Assembly: GCA_002811645.1 (NCBI GenBank)
Contig: PDIP01000021.1
Location: 186,001 to 250,000 of the forward strand
Length of the DNA: 64,000 nucleotides
Origin: Corallochytrium limacisporum Hawaii
Taxonomy: Eukaryota > Protista > Pluriformea
Reading direction: 5' to 3'
Shown here one piece after another: positions 1-9,843 of this stretch (position 1 is the stretch's first letter; each line of letters opens with the position of its first letter). The notes below the pieces were generated by a model that searched no databases, was not told the DNA's origin, and worked only from the letters and a program-made list of their open reading frames with translations. Position numbers and translations under genes: made by a program.

Positions 1-1438
1 TGACCAGGCGGATGCAACGGGCAACAAGCAAGGGATCATGTTCAATTAGATGTCCAAGCTGCAACAGCCAACGAATGATATGTCCTTCTCCTACAAAGTC
101 CTTCCACGAAGACACTGTATCCGGCCAAGAGTCTTTGAGGACGACTCCAAATTTTTTGTGCTTCAAAGAAACTTCTTTGACAAGAACACCAGGTGGTGCG
201 ATAGCCTTGTACAAAGGATTCAAGCAATACCGGCACACTTCACATACTGCAATGGCCAGTGGTGGGTATGGCAAAGCCACGCCCTCCGGCAAGGATTCGA
301 TCAAGGACAGCGCGGTTTCGAACTCGTAAATATTCCACAACGCCTCGGCTACCCCCAGTCGTTGATTTGCACCATCCATGGTCAATGACCTCAGTAGTAC
401 CTCCTCTCGCTCGACATCACCTGGCTCAAGCTTGTTACTCGCCGAGGCCATAGACGAAGGCGGTGCTGGTTGCGCAGGGGCTGCTTCTGTGTCCATCTTT
501 GACTCATCTGTCTCCTGTGTCAGCGCTGGGGGAGCATCACTGGTCAGATTTGACAGTGTAGAGGCTGCTTGACGTGCATCCTTTAGTCGCAGCTGCATGA
601 ACTTCTGTGCCTCAGAATCCGTCGGAGACAGGTGGGGCAAGATGTCACCCATATTGATACATCCTGCCCGGATCAAAAATGCCACCATGATGAACAAAGG
701 TTCTTGTTCTTCATAGCCGAGTCGGTGTGTCATGGCAGTCTGGCATCGGAAGCCAACCATCTGCGCTAGAGTGCTCTTATCGTTCTGAAAATGATTTAAA
801 ACCTCGATGTAGAATTCAATGCGCTTGGTGTTGATCTCGGCCGCCTGTAGAATCACATCCACGACTCTGTTCGGATCTAGAAAGAAGTATCCAACTAATG
901 ACTCGATTTGCTCTACCATGATCTGTGGGGTTTGCTTCAGACCCGGTGAAGGTTCCGATAAGAGGTCGGTGAGGAGCTTGCTATATCCTTCACTTTCTTC
1001 TCTCAGTAGATTGTATTTTTGTTGCTTGTAGAACGCCTTTGTTCGCATCCTCACAAGGACCTTTTTGAAAGACTTTCCATCTGTGATGTCTGCCGCTTCC
1101 ACTAAGTCTTCATTTGCTTCCTCCTTTACAACTGTTGTTGGCAACCCGCACACTTCGATCAGGTACCGCAAGAACTCTGCCGCAGCTGACCTGAAATTAG
1201 CATGCTCTTTACCTGAGTAGAATTGGAACAAGGTACTTAGAGCGCTACAGACCAATGCCGCCACTTCTGCGTCTTTGATAATGTCTGCCTTAAATTGGTC
1301 CCGCCACAAGCCCTGAGGATCAGACTTGATATTCTGGTCAAGGTATTCTTGCAACTGAACAAGAACATGTTTCTCGTCGTCCAAGTCAGCGCTGTTCTTG
1401 CCTGCCTTTGCAGCATAATTTATTAGCAACTTATCCAT
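1..1438 (-). CDS. THOC2: THO complex subunit 2 (5' part; runs off the left edge of the window)
   Basis: Manual translation from the ATG at 1438; absent from the ORF track because no stop lies in the window. MDKLLINYAAK...RMRTKAFYKQQKYNLLREESEGYSKLLTDL...LVGYFFLDPNRVVDVIL matches the THOC2/Tho2 motifs YKQQKFNLLREE.EGY.KL and IG.F.LDPNRVLD.IL. Confidence 0.93.
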   Translation of the reverse strand, partial: MDKLLINYAAKAGKNSADLDDEKHVLVQLQEYLDQNIKSDPQGLWRDQFKADIIKDAEVAALVCSALSTLFQFYSGKEHANFRSAAAEFLRYLIEVCGLPTTVVKEEANEDLVEAADITDGKSFKKVLVRMRTKAFYKQQKYNLLREESEGYSKLLTDLLSEPSPGLKQTPQIMVEQIESLVGYFFLDPNRVVDVILQAAEINTKRIEFYIEVLNHFQNDKSTLAQMVGFRCQTAMTHRLGYEEQEPLFIMVAFLIRAGCINMGDILPHLSPTDSEAQKFMQLRLKDARQAASTLSNLTSDAPPALTQETDESKMDTEAAPAQPAPPSSMASASNKLEPGDVEREEVLLRSLTMDGANQRLGVAEALWNIYEFETALSLIESLPEGVALPYPPLAIAVCEVCRYCLNPLYKAIAPPGVLVKEVSLKHKKFGVVLKDSWPDTVSSWKDFVGEGHIIRWLLQLGHLIEHDPLLVARCIRLV

Positions 1439-1968
1439 AGTGACCCTATGTTTGGTCAGATCAAGTGCCCGTCCGCATATCTACAGAGCACTCGATCATA
1501 TCATGTCCACTCTGTCTTACTGCAAGGAGAAACTTCGTATCAAATTTTAACGCTATCTTCAAGACAATTAATACCACCACAGGGTACGTAGCAATGAGCT
1601 GCAAATTGTCCTGCAGTGTACCTGCGATAAACGGAAGTCCTAAGTCCTGCGCCTCCCATGAATGAGACCATGAGGGGCGTTTTACTTTGGGGTTCAGAAC
1701 AGACACTCCCAACAAAAACGGCACCAAGCGAAAAGGAGAAAAATTGCGCCGGTAGGGGGACAATCCGGCGACCTCGTCAGACAGTCTGTACGGACGGGGG
1801 ATACAATTAAAGAAAATTGGAGAGACAAATCACAAGGCTACTTTGAAGCGACAACAAACGAGCATTAAGGCGGGACAAAAGAGGGTGCGTCGGCGTCGTA
1901 TTGCGCATGTATTCAATTAGTCCCATATGATGTGATGTGGAATGTAGAGACTGTGATTTCGGTTCGAA

Positions 1969-3240
1969 ATGATCTACCAGCTTGTTGTCAGTGCTGCTGC
2001 CGTTGGACTCAGAGTGCTCCTAGCGGGACCGCAATGGAGGGAAATATTTCATGATCGACCGGAAGTGATCACCCCCCTCAATGATATTGACGGATTACTG
2101 GAAGGCGTGTGGTTAAAGAGCAATGGATTGAAAGTGTACGGTGGATCTGTAGTAAGGCAGCCACCTACTGTGCTGTATGCCTTTGAGTCCATGGCGATCC
2201 AGCTGGACGATCTCTCCCAAGCATGGATATTGGCAGACGTTGCGTGTGGTCTCGTTTTGGGACTTGTCGCTCAGCAGTTCTTACAGTTGGGGTGGCTTCG
2301 AGATCAGCAGTCAAAGAAAGACGCCCGGCTACATAAGCACTGCCCGGACGAGGTTTTGATCTCTGCTCCGGATGTGAGGTACATTGTAAGTGGCTTATAC
2401 ATGCTCAACCCGTATACGATTGCAGCATGCAGTGCGCTGTCGCTGTCAGTCTGGACCAATTTGTTCATTGCGTTGAGCATGTTCTTTGCTGTCTACTCTC
2501 AGCCTGTTCTCGCTGGGGGCGTTCTGGCAGTTGCGGCACATATGGATATCCACAACGTCCTTTTGCTGGCACCTTTGGTAATAGCCTGTGGCACCTATAC
2601 GGCAAAATCGTCTATTGGGTTTGCAGCATGTGTCGGAAGCTTCGTCATTGGACTCTACACACTGCTGGTTATGTCATCAGATATTGTCCAAGGATGGAGT
2701 TTTGTGGATCCAGTGTACGGAAACAGCCTTCAGTACGAAGATCCACGACCAAATACTGGTCTGTGGTGGTACGTAACCATCGAGGTTTTTGCATTGTACC
2801 GACCTTTTTTCATTCGGACATTCCAATTGATGGCATGTGTGCACGTCATTCCCCTCTGTGTCCGCTTTCAAGAGGATCCCATGTTTGCAATGACTGTGCT
2901 CCTCGGTGCCAATGCTTTGTTAAAGCCGTACGTCTCTGTGTCCGACGCCGCGCTCTACCTGCCACTGGTCGCAATGCACCCCCATGTTCTGCGGTACTGT
3001 AGTACTCTTTTCATCGGGCTGGCGGCTGTCGTGTTTGCATCTTTATTGGCACCCATTATGTGGTACATCTGGATCTTCTCTGGCAGTGGCAATGCCAATT
3101 TCTACTACGCAATCACATTGCTGTATAATCTTGGACATGTAGTGATCTTGGGGGACCTCGCACGTAGTTTCCTCCGCCGGGAATATGATCTCAGGAATGG
3201 AATCTATCACAAACTAGGAGAAAGTGTAGTCCTGTCATAA
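1969..3240 (+). CDS. PIGU: GPI transamidase subunit PIG-U (Gab1)
   Basis: 423-aa multi-pass membrane ORF with YMLNPYTIAAC, PNTGLWWYVTIEVF and WYIWIFSGSGNANFYYAITL, which are PIG-U signature motifs. Confidence 0.93.
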   Translation: MIYQLVVSAAAVGLRVLLAGPQWREIFHDRPEVITPLNDIDGLLEGVWLKSNGLKVYGGSVVRQPPTVLYAFESMAIQLDDLSQAWILADVACGLVLGLVAQQFLQLGWLRDQQSKKDARLHKHCPDEVLISAPDVRYIVSGLYMLNPYTIAACSALSLSVWTNLFIALSMFFAVYSQPVLAGGVLAVAAHMDIHNVLLLAPLVIACGTYTAKSSIGFAACVGSFVIGLYTLLVMSSDIVQGWSFVDPVYGNSLQYEDPRPNTGLWWYVTIEVFALYRPFFIRTFQLMACVHVIPLCVRFQEDPMFAMTVLLGANALLKPYVSVSDAALYLPLVAMHPHVLRYCSTLFIGLAAVVFASLLAPIMWYIWIFSGSGNANFYYAITLLYNLGHVVILGDLARSFLRREYDLRNGIYHKLGESVVLS

Positions 3241-3266
3241 TGTAAACATATTCATAGTAAGTGGTT

Positions 3267-4271
3267 TCAGTGTCTTTCTTCTATGCGCATCTTTAAACGT
3301 TCGACTGCTCTAGCAATTTGACTGCTTGACATATCGTCGTCGGTGACAATGTCAGCCTCTGTGGACGACTCTTCACCGCTGCTCGAGCTAAGTATGCTTT
3401 GAAATGCGCGCCGTTGGGTCGGTTGACCACAAACTGCTTGAGCCATCCGGTACGTCCGTTGCACACTACTCTGTGTCTCGTCGACTTTCTTTTTCTCCTT
3501 TCGCCCCTTCTTGGGTTTGGTGGGGTTGATTGCCTCCTGTATGAAATGGCGACGCAAGGAAATCACTTCACCCCACAAGAGTTGCCTTGTGCACACCGGA
3601 CATTTACCCCCTGTTGGTATCAAGTGTTTAGTACCGTCGACGCCCTCGGCATTGACCCAGGTAGAGGCTAGACAAATAATGTGACTTTTTGCGCGGCACA
3701 GAGGATGAGTGCAACAAACGACTGTCGCCATACTGCAGCTATTTCTGCAAATGGAGCAATCATGGTCTTCCCTCAGCTCCGCAAGCAGCTCAGATTCCAT
3801 GTCAACAGTTGGTTTCTGCCATTCTTCACCTACTACAACTTTAACGTGAATGGGTACCATGGCGCAAAAGTTTTCGACTCCGACAGCCCTGTCATCAAAG
3901 ATGTGTACTGATAGTGCCAATCTCTTCCAAGGGTTCGTATTCAGCATCACAACTAATACCCGAGTTTTTGCCATTATCTTCTCATCTATCTTCCTAATGT
4001 AACTTTTGCCCTCGTACAGGTGTCGTAATCTGAGCGACTCATTCGGGTGCTGCCAGGCCCATTCAAATTGGAGTGCTTGCCGTTCCTCATGAAATCCAGA
4101 AACCACCATGACAAGCTTCCACGGCCGGCCTTTCGAGGTTCGGTATGCACCCTGCGTGAGTTCACCGTTGTGCTGGCGAAGTCGTCGGAGTGGATCCACA
4201 GTATATCCGATATACGTCCATCCCGACCATCCCTTCTTTTCGGACAGGAGAATGTAGACGCTGTGTGACAT
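3267..4271 (-). CDS. SLX1: Structure-specific endonuclease SLX1 (GIY-YIG plus C-terminal RING variant)
   Basis: VYIL...TYIGYTVDPLRRLRQHNGE...GRPW...ALQFEWAWQHP; Cys/His domain CSIC...CTHPLC...HIICLA...LIP..GKCPVC...WGEVI. Confidence 0.95.
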   Translation of the reverse strand: MSHSVYILLSEKKGWSGWTYIGYTVDPLRRLRQHNGELTQGAYRTSKGRPWKLVMVVSGFHEERQALQFEWAWQHPNESLRLRHLYEGKSYIRKIDEKIMAKTRVLVVMLNTNPWKRLALSVHIFDDRAVGVENFCAMVPIHVKVVVGEEWQKPTVDMESELLAELREDHDCSICRNSCSMATVVCCTHPLCRAKSHIICLASTWVNAEGVDGTKHLIPTGGKCPVCTRQLLWGEVISLRRHFIQEAINPTKPKKGRKEKKKVDETQSSVQRTYRMAQAVCGQPTQRRAFQSILSSSSGEESSTEADIVTDDDMSSSQIARAVERLKMRIEERH

Positions 4272-4835
4272 ATCTTACATGCCTTTTCATTTCATTGAAC
4301 TGCTTAGCTGTGGTCTGAAAACACGGTTCTTCTTACATCATATTTCACCACATTATGATTTACAGCTCATAGTTATTTAAGAAGGGTCTGCCCATCGATC
4401 TGGCTCAAAATACCTTGCAGTGGGACACGGCTTGCTCATGTGTCCGTGGTGTCATGAGGCAGACCCTGGTCCCCAAGGATTTGAAGGTTTCCCGCCCACC
4501 TGAGCTCATCTGCCCGTCCCTCAACCAGAGGGTGCCCTTACGTAGATCAATATTTTTGCGGCCGTTCAAGAAGCGGGTCTCCATTTTTTGCCTCTGTGCC
4601 TGTTTGCAGCAGAGAAAATTTCACAGTTCGGGCACGGTTGGGACTTAGTAACATTCTTTCGGGTGCATGAAGATACATAAGGCCGATAACCACATTGAAT
4701 AGAATGGCAAGGATCTAAGCAGAGGGAGAAGTTCGTTGATTGAATGATTTTGGAAAACATTCGTAATCTACCAGAACTAGCGTAGGACTTGCTTAAAACT
4801 ATGTAGGCCAGGTCCTTTTGCAACACAGATTGGGT

Positions 4836-6233
4836 ATGCGTAGACAGGAACTACTGCGAGCGCGCATACTAGCGCGGCTGCATGAAAATGTCGTTGTGGT
4901 AAGGGATCCACGAATGAGGATAATACTCAAAAGGACAGCTGATCAATTTCGGGAGAGAGGAGTTTGGACAGCACTGCGCAAACAGTACTTTAGCTTAAAG
5001 CCTTTATTTCAGGACTCTGCGGCTGATATTCAGAATTTCCATCATAGGCACAACTATTTGATCGGCATGCTATCACACATTGACGAAAATTCATTAGCGT
5101 CGAACGGGATGCTTCATCTGAAAGCTCTCTTAAATGACATTTGTAAAGAAGATGACAAAGTTAAAGAATTGAATCGAGCACTGCAAACTCTCAATCGATT
5201 CCTACAGCGTGCAATGCAAATGACAGATGAAAAGCCGGATGAGTTCGCAAGCCTTAGCAAAGGAATAGGATGCCTTGCACGTGCTACAAGTAGACGATTA
5301 GAGGACCTGAAGTTTGCGGTCACAACAGAGATGGAAGGCCTTAGACTGGCTCTGGAGAGACCTCCGAACCTGAAACCAAGGGCCCCTCAGGCAGCTGACA
5401 ATGGAAGCGATCATATTGAGAGGTCTCAGGCGATGAGTACATCGATAGGAACAGAAAGGACCGAGACTGCGAATCTGAAGCCTGAGAGCCGGAACACTCC
5501 GGTGACAAACGAGAGTATGCAAGATCCTTCGGACAACATCGAGGCTGTACCCGAACGTGTCAACGACGAAGACAGGGGGATCGACGAAAAAGTGGTAGCC
5601 GCCGTGGTTGGCGACATCGAAAGGACCATCCAAATTATGAAGCACTTGGATGTCAAACAACATGCCTCCTTTGCAGAAGAGACGCGGTACCCCGAGGCAC
5701 CCGAAATGGGACAGGCAACCCACGATTTGAAACCATGGATGAGACTCCAGGACCTAACACGCCAAAGGAAAGGAAAGGAAGCTCTGGAAGTGTACATGAC
5801 GAAGGATCTTGAACACCTTTCTCAGCCGTTGTCACTGCTGCCTGCATTTGCATCAAACGATGAGGCTATAGATGCTTTGATCCCGTTTCATTTGCTCGGG
5901 GGTTACGAAGACGTAGACGAGGTGCACAATGGCAACGATTCGGATGGAGAACTGGACGATCACACCCTGCGAATGAGGTCAAAGTATTTTGATCTAATGG
6001 ACCGGTGCCGCAGTGTCAAGGGCTAGTTTGCATCAATGGTCAAAAGATCTGCCACATCCGGTACGGCTTGCAACACCCTGCAGAGCATACCCATGCTCAC
6101 GGATATGATCCAAGACGAAAGGGAAGAAATCCAGAAACTGCGAAAAAGGATGGTTACAACAAAAGGACAGCTATCAAAGGGAAATGAAAGTATTGGACTG
6201 GACCAAGCCGCTGGCGACGTCACCTCTGACTGA
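4836..6233 (+). CDS. GLTSCR1-domain (BICRA-like) protein with an in-frame TAG at 6024-6026
   Basis: First ATG at 4836. The C-terminal segment AFASNDEAIDALIPFHLL...DLMDRCRSVKG*FASMVKRS...MLTDMIQDEREEIQKLR resembles the GLTSCR1 conserved domain (F.S.EDA..RLLPYHV...LL.R...ML.KY..LL......IQEEK). The track ORFs 4818-6026 and 6036-6233 are in the same frame. AATAAA at 6303-6308. Confidence 0.6.
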
Positions 6234-7705
6234 GAATCGAAACCCGCTGATTCAGGGGGGCTGGCAGCAGCCCCTGTGTAACCTTGCCGACCGCACCGGA
6301 TGAATAAACAGATTACTATCATCTATGGCAAACTCTTGCATGTCTAAGCGATGTTCATAGCGGGTTACTACCAAGTCGTGTAATTATCAAGCGTTCCTCT
6401 TCTCCGATTACAATTGTACAATAATCTGGGAATGTGCTTGGATTGTCAAAATTTGCATCGCGGTGACCTGCGACCTTCTGCCTTTGCCTTTTGCAGCCGC
6501 CGCTTCAGCGGGCGCAAGGTGTTTCCCATAGCGGGCTCACCGCCGGTGCGCCAGAAGAGGTAGAAAACTCGACATAATTTGAGTAAAGTTGGACGGGCAA
6601 GGGTGACAGTCTTCTTATCACGCAAAGCGTGAATAATGTAACCTCCTTTGGTTGCCCTCTGTGCACTGGAGTCCCTCTAAGTTCCCACCACGCAATATGC
6701 GTGAGAGGTATTTGTCGGGTAAGTTTGCAGAGTAGATAGCGGCCCCCACCCACATGTCCCCCCATTGTATCTGCCTGATAGGCGGCCGATAGGTGACATT
6801 GGCTGCAATATATTGATGCGCAGCATATCCCCAAGCAGGCACCAGCCGGCTTGATAGAATATTGGTAACGGCATTGGTGGTTTTGTGGCTCTCCAAAGTT
6901 GCAGAAAGCCCCAAGTCATCGTTTCCTATCGGTCCTTCTAATTTGTTTTTCTTCCTCCTCCTGGTCTCGCAAAATGTCCAGCTTCCCGTGATGACTTTCC
7001 ATTTAACAGACCATCTCTTTTGTGGAAAGGTCGATCAGGTCGTGGTCGGAAGGACATTAGGAATACTAAAGGCCAGAGGACCCTCGGGATGTTAGGTCTG
7101 CTGACGTTGCATACGGCTGTTCAAAACGTCAGAGGGTCTACCGTGAATTGCCCAGCCACCAAGTCCCTCCCTCACCACGCTTCCTGCTAACCCGCGCAGT
7201 ACCGTTGGAGTAGGGCTCAGAACGGTCCAACAGGCAGAGTGACGTTCAGCGGAGCCGTCGAACCTATCCATGTTTTTTGCGGCGCCGAGCCTGTGTCAGC
7301 TCGTTGGACACTTCCTTGTCTTCATACATTCAATGGCGCAATGCCCACGATAGACTTAGTGAGAGCGGCGGCGCGATTTCTCCCCCGACGCCTAACGGGC
7401 AGCGGACTCAGGGGCGGGGGAGGAAGAGGGCCGGGGCGGGGAGGGGAGGGTAGGGAAGGAAGCTTACAAGGGAAGACACCATAAGGGGTAACGGAGATGA
7501 GGATCGATGAGCGTCAGGGTAATTTTGCTGCATTTGGGACTTGGATACACTGGCTATTTAAACTGACGAAAGAGAACCCGCCAGTGTATGCCCATGGGAG
7601 AAGCAACATGCCGTCCATTGAGACCCAATACTCGTGACTGAACTGGATATCCATAGTGATCGCTCTCCATTGGATCATACTTAGGAAAACTTGCAACAAC
7701 CAGAT

Positions 7706-8983
7706 ATGTCTTTCAGGGACTCGGTTGCATCGAAAGGAACTCGCAGGAGCTCCGCAGGTTCTAGTCTGCGATCGTCAACAGCGTCCTCCATGGGCGTCAA
7801 GGTCGGTGCGATTCAAGAAGCAAACTTTCCGAAGGACCATGAGGGCCGCGTGTACCATCTGGGGCTCCGTAAAGGTGAAATATGCAACAGAATCATTAGT
7901 GTCGGTGATGCTCATCGTGCTCGTTCATTTGCTGAACTTCTTGACAACACAGAAACTTGCTTTGTGCGCGCATCTAACCGTGGGTTTGTGACATACACAG
8001 GCTTGTACGACGGTGTTCCTGTGAGCATTGTAGCTACGGGTATGGGGTACCCAATGATGGATTTTGTGGTAAGAGAAACACGTGCCTTGATTGATGGAGA
8101 AGTGTTGATTCTTCGCCTCGGCACTTGTGGTGCTCTTACCAAAGATGTACAAGTCGGTGATGTTCTTGTTGCAGATCAAGGCTCCCTGTTGATTCAGAGA
8201 AGTGTGGATTCCTTTACTCAGCCGGGCACGTCAGAATACGACTACTATCACTTTTCAAACCCTGTTCATGGTGATGATGAACTTCTCGCAGCCTACAAGG
8301 ACGAACTGAGCAATGTTTTTGGCAAGGAGCACGTGAAAAGTTGCATGAATGCCACTGCTGACACGTTCTTTGCATCACAGGGCCGTGTTGATCCTCATTT
8401 CTATGATCATAATTCAAACCTTCTCTACAGACTGGTCATGGAGTGCCCGGGAATAAAGAGCATGGAGATGGAAACCTTCCATCTGTATCACTTGGCAAAC
8501 TGCGCTGTAGAAAAAGTCCCAATCAGAGCGGGTAGTGCATGTATTGTGGCAGCCTCTCGTCTCCGGAACAACTTCATTGAGCCGGAATATCTGAAACAGT
8601 GTGAGGTGAACTGCGGTCTTGCCGCATTGCGGGCGATTACACGTGTCGAGCTACCAGAAGAGCAAGCAATGACAGGCCCAGAATGTGTATGGCTGCAAAC
8701 AGAGGAAGAGAAGATACCAACACTTACAGAAGTTTCTGAAGAGGATGCCTTGCTGGCAAGGGCATTCAGTGGAGAGAGATTCAACGAATTGCGGAAGGTA
8801 TCCTCCATTCAGCAACACGAATATCTGCAGTACATGCATGCAGCATCACCAAGGGATGGATCCCCGACAGACAAGAGGGACAGTGGATACTCTGATCACC
8901 ACGGTGAGCAGCACCTCACAGTTACTGGACACAACGGCCACGTAGTTACAAACGGTACATCGAGCAAATCGAATGGGCACTGA
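7706..8983 (+). CDS. Uridine phosphorylase (PNP/UDP family 1, Toxoplasma-UP-like subgroup)
   Basis: First ATG at 7706. Motifs GRVYHLGLRKGEICNRIISVGD, SIVATGMGYPMMDFVVRE, RLGTCG, NATADTFFASQGR and SMEMETFHL. AATAAA at about 9019. Confidence 0.88.
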   Translation: MSFRDSVASKGTRRSSAGSSLRSSTASSMGVKVGAIQEANFPKDHEGRVYHLGLRKGEICNRIISVGDAHRARSFAELLDNTETCFVRASNRGFVTYTGLYDGVPVSIVATGMGYPMMDFVVRETRALIDGEVLILRLGTCGALTKDVQVGDVLVADQGSLLIQRSVDSFTQPGTSEYDYYHFSNPVHGDDELLAAYKDELSNVFGKEHVKSCMNATADTFFASQGRVDPHFYDHNSNLLYRLVMECPGIKSMEMETFHLYHLANCAVEKVPIRAGSACIVAASRLRNNFIEPEYLKQCEVNCGLAALRAITRVELPEEQAMTGPECVWLQTEEEKIPTLTEVSEEDALLARAFSGERFNELRKVSSIQQHEYLQYMHAASPRDGSPTDKRDSGYSDHHGEQHLTVTGHNGHVVTNGTSSKSNGH

Positions 8984-9155
8984 TCCAATCAATTTCCATG
9001 TTTGTTTCGTATACAGTGAAATAAATTTGCACATTTATTGATTTCATTTTTGCACAAGTATTTAAGGGGAGGGAGCACTGACTGCCCGCGAAGTATCTTT
9101 GTGATGGAAGACTATACTTCCGGTGAGGACTCAGGATAGTTTGTTGGAACCATTC

Positions 9156-9725
9156 ATGTCCGAAGAATGCACAGTCTTTGTGACTGTGGGAACTACACAG
9201 TTTACACAACTAATTGCCATCCTACAAACTGAGGAGTTTGGAAAGTGGGCAGAGAGTAGCAAATACACAGGAATCACAGTCCAACTGGGCTCCGATCCAA
9301 TTGAGGTCAGCGAGGTCGAGAAGCATTTAAACAAGTTCGGATTGGAAGTAAAGGTTTTCCGGTATAAGGAATCTATTCAAGAGGAGCTTAAAGATGCATC
9401 TCTTATAATCACTCACGCAGGAGCGGGCTCACTGATCGAATGCGTTCGTCTACAAAAGAATACAATCGCTGTTGTCAATGACACATTGATTGGCAATCAT
9501 CAGACTGAGTTGGCCGAAGCATTGTCAGAACAGAAAATTTGTCTGGCTACAACACCTGCGGAACTTGTGTCAACGTTGAATAGCATGGATCCAGAATTTT
9601 CACAAATGAACGGACAGGTTCAGTTGGCAAACGGTGAAGACGTGACTACATGGTTGTCCCAGGAACTGCAGGTCTGTCACCGATGCCTGAAGCCATCGAT
9701 TGTATTTGCAAGTGACGAGGCTTAG
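9156..9725 (+). CDS. ALG13: UDP-GlcNAc transferase catalytic subunit ALG13
   Basis: ATG at 9156; motifs VFVTVGTTQF, ITHAGAGS and VVNDTLIGNHQTELAEAL. Confidence 0.93.
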   Translation: MSEECTVFVTVGTTQFTQLIAILQTEEFGKWAESSKYTGITVQLGSDPIEVSEVEKHLNKFGLEVKVFRYKESIQEELKDASLIITHAGAGSLIECVRLQKNTIAVVNDTLIGNHQTELAEALSEQKICLATTPAELVSTLNSMDPEFSQMNGQVQLANGEDVTTWLSQELQVCHRCLKPSIVFASDEA

Positions 9726-9843
9726 ACACGTAACAAACAGAGAAAGAAACTAGAAAATGGTCTTATGAAAATTATCTAGTACATGAAATTTTGATTTATT
9801 GTGTATAATTTTGAATACGAGAGCAACTCTCGCAAGGGATCTC

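Noticed and set aside
6024-6026. Genome-wide TAG reassignment as the explanation for the internal stop
   Set aside because: PIG-O, AAGAB, ADH, ALG13 and SLMAP end at TAG at plausible positions, and no other conserved gene has an internal TAG.
6228-6256. CTGAGA...ACCC..CTGAT, resembling a TPP riboswitch
   Set aside because: The P4/P5 TAAT...GCG.AGG half is missing and there is no thiamine gene context.
9108-9119. AAGACTATACTT, matching the 5' end of U3 snoRNA
   Set aside because: Box A (GGATCATTTCT) and the later boxes do not follow, and the sequence runs into the ALG13 CDS within 40 nt.
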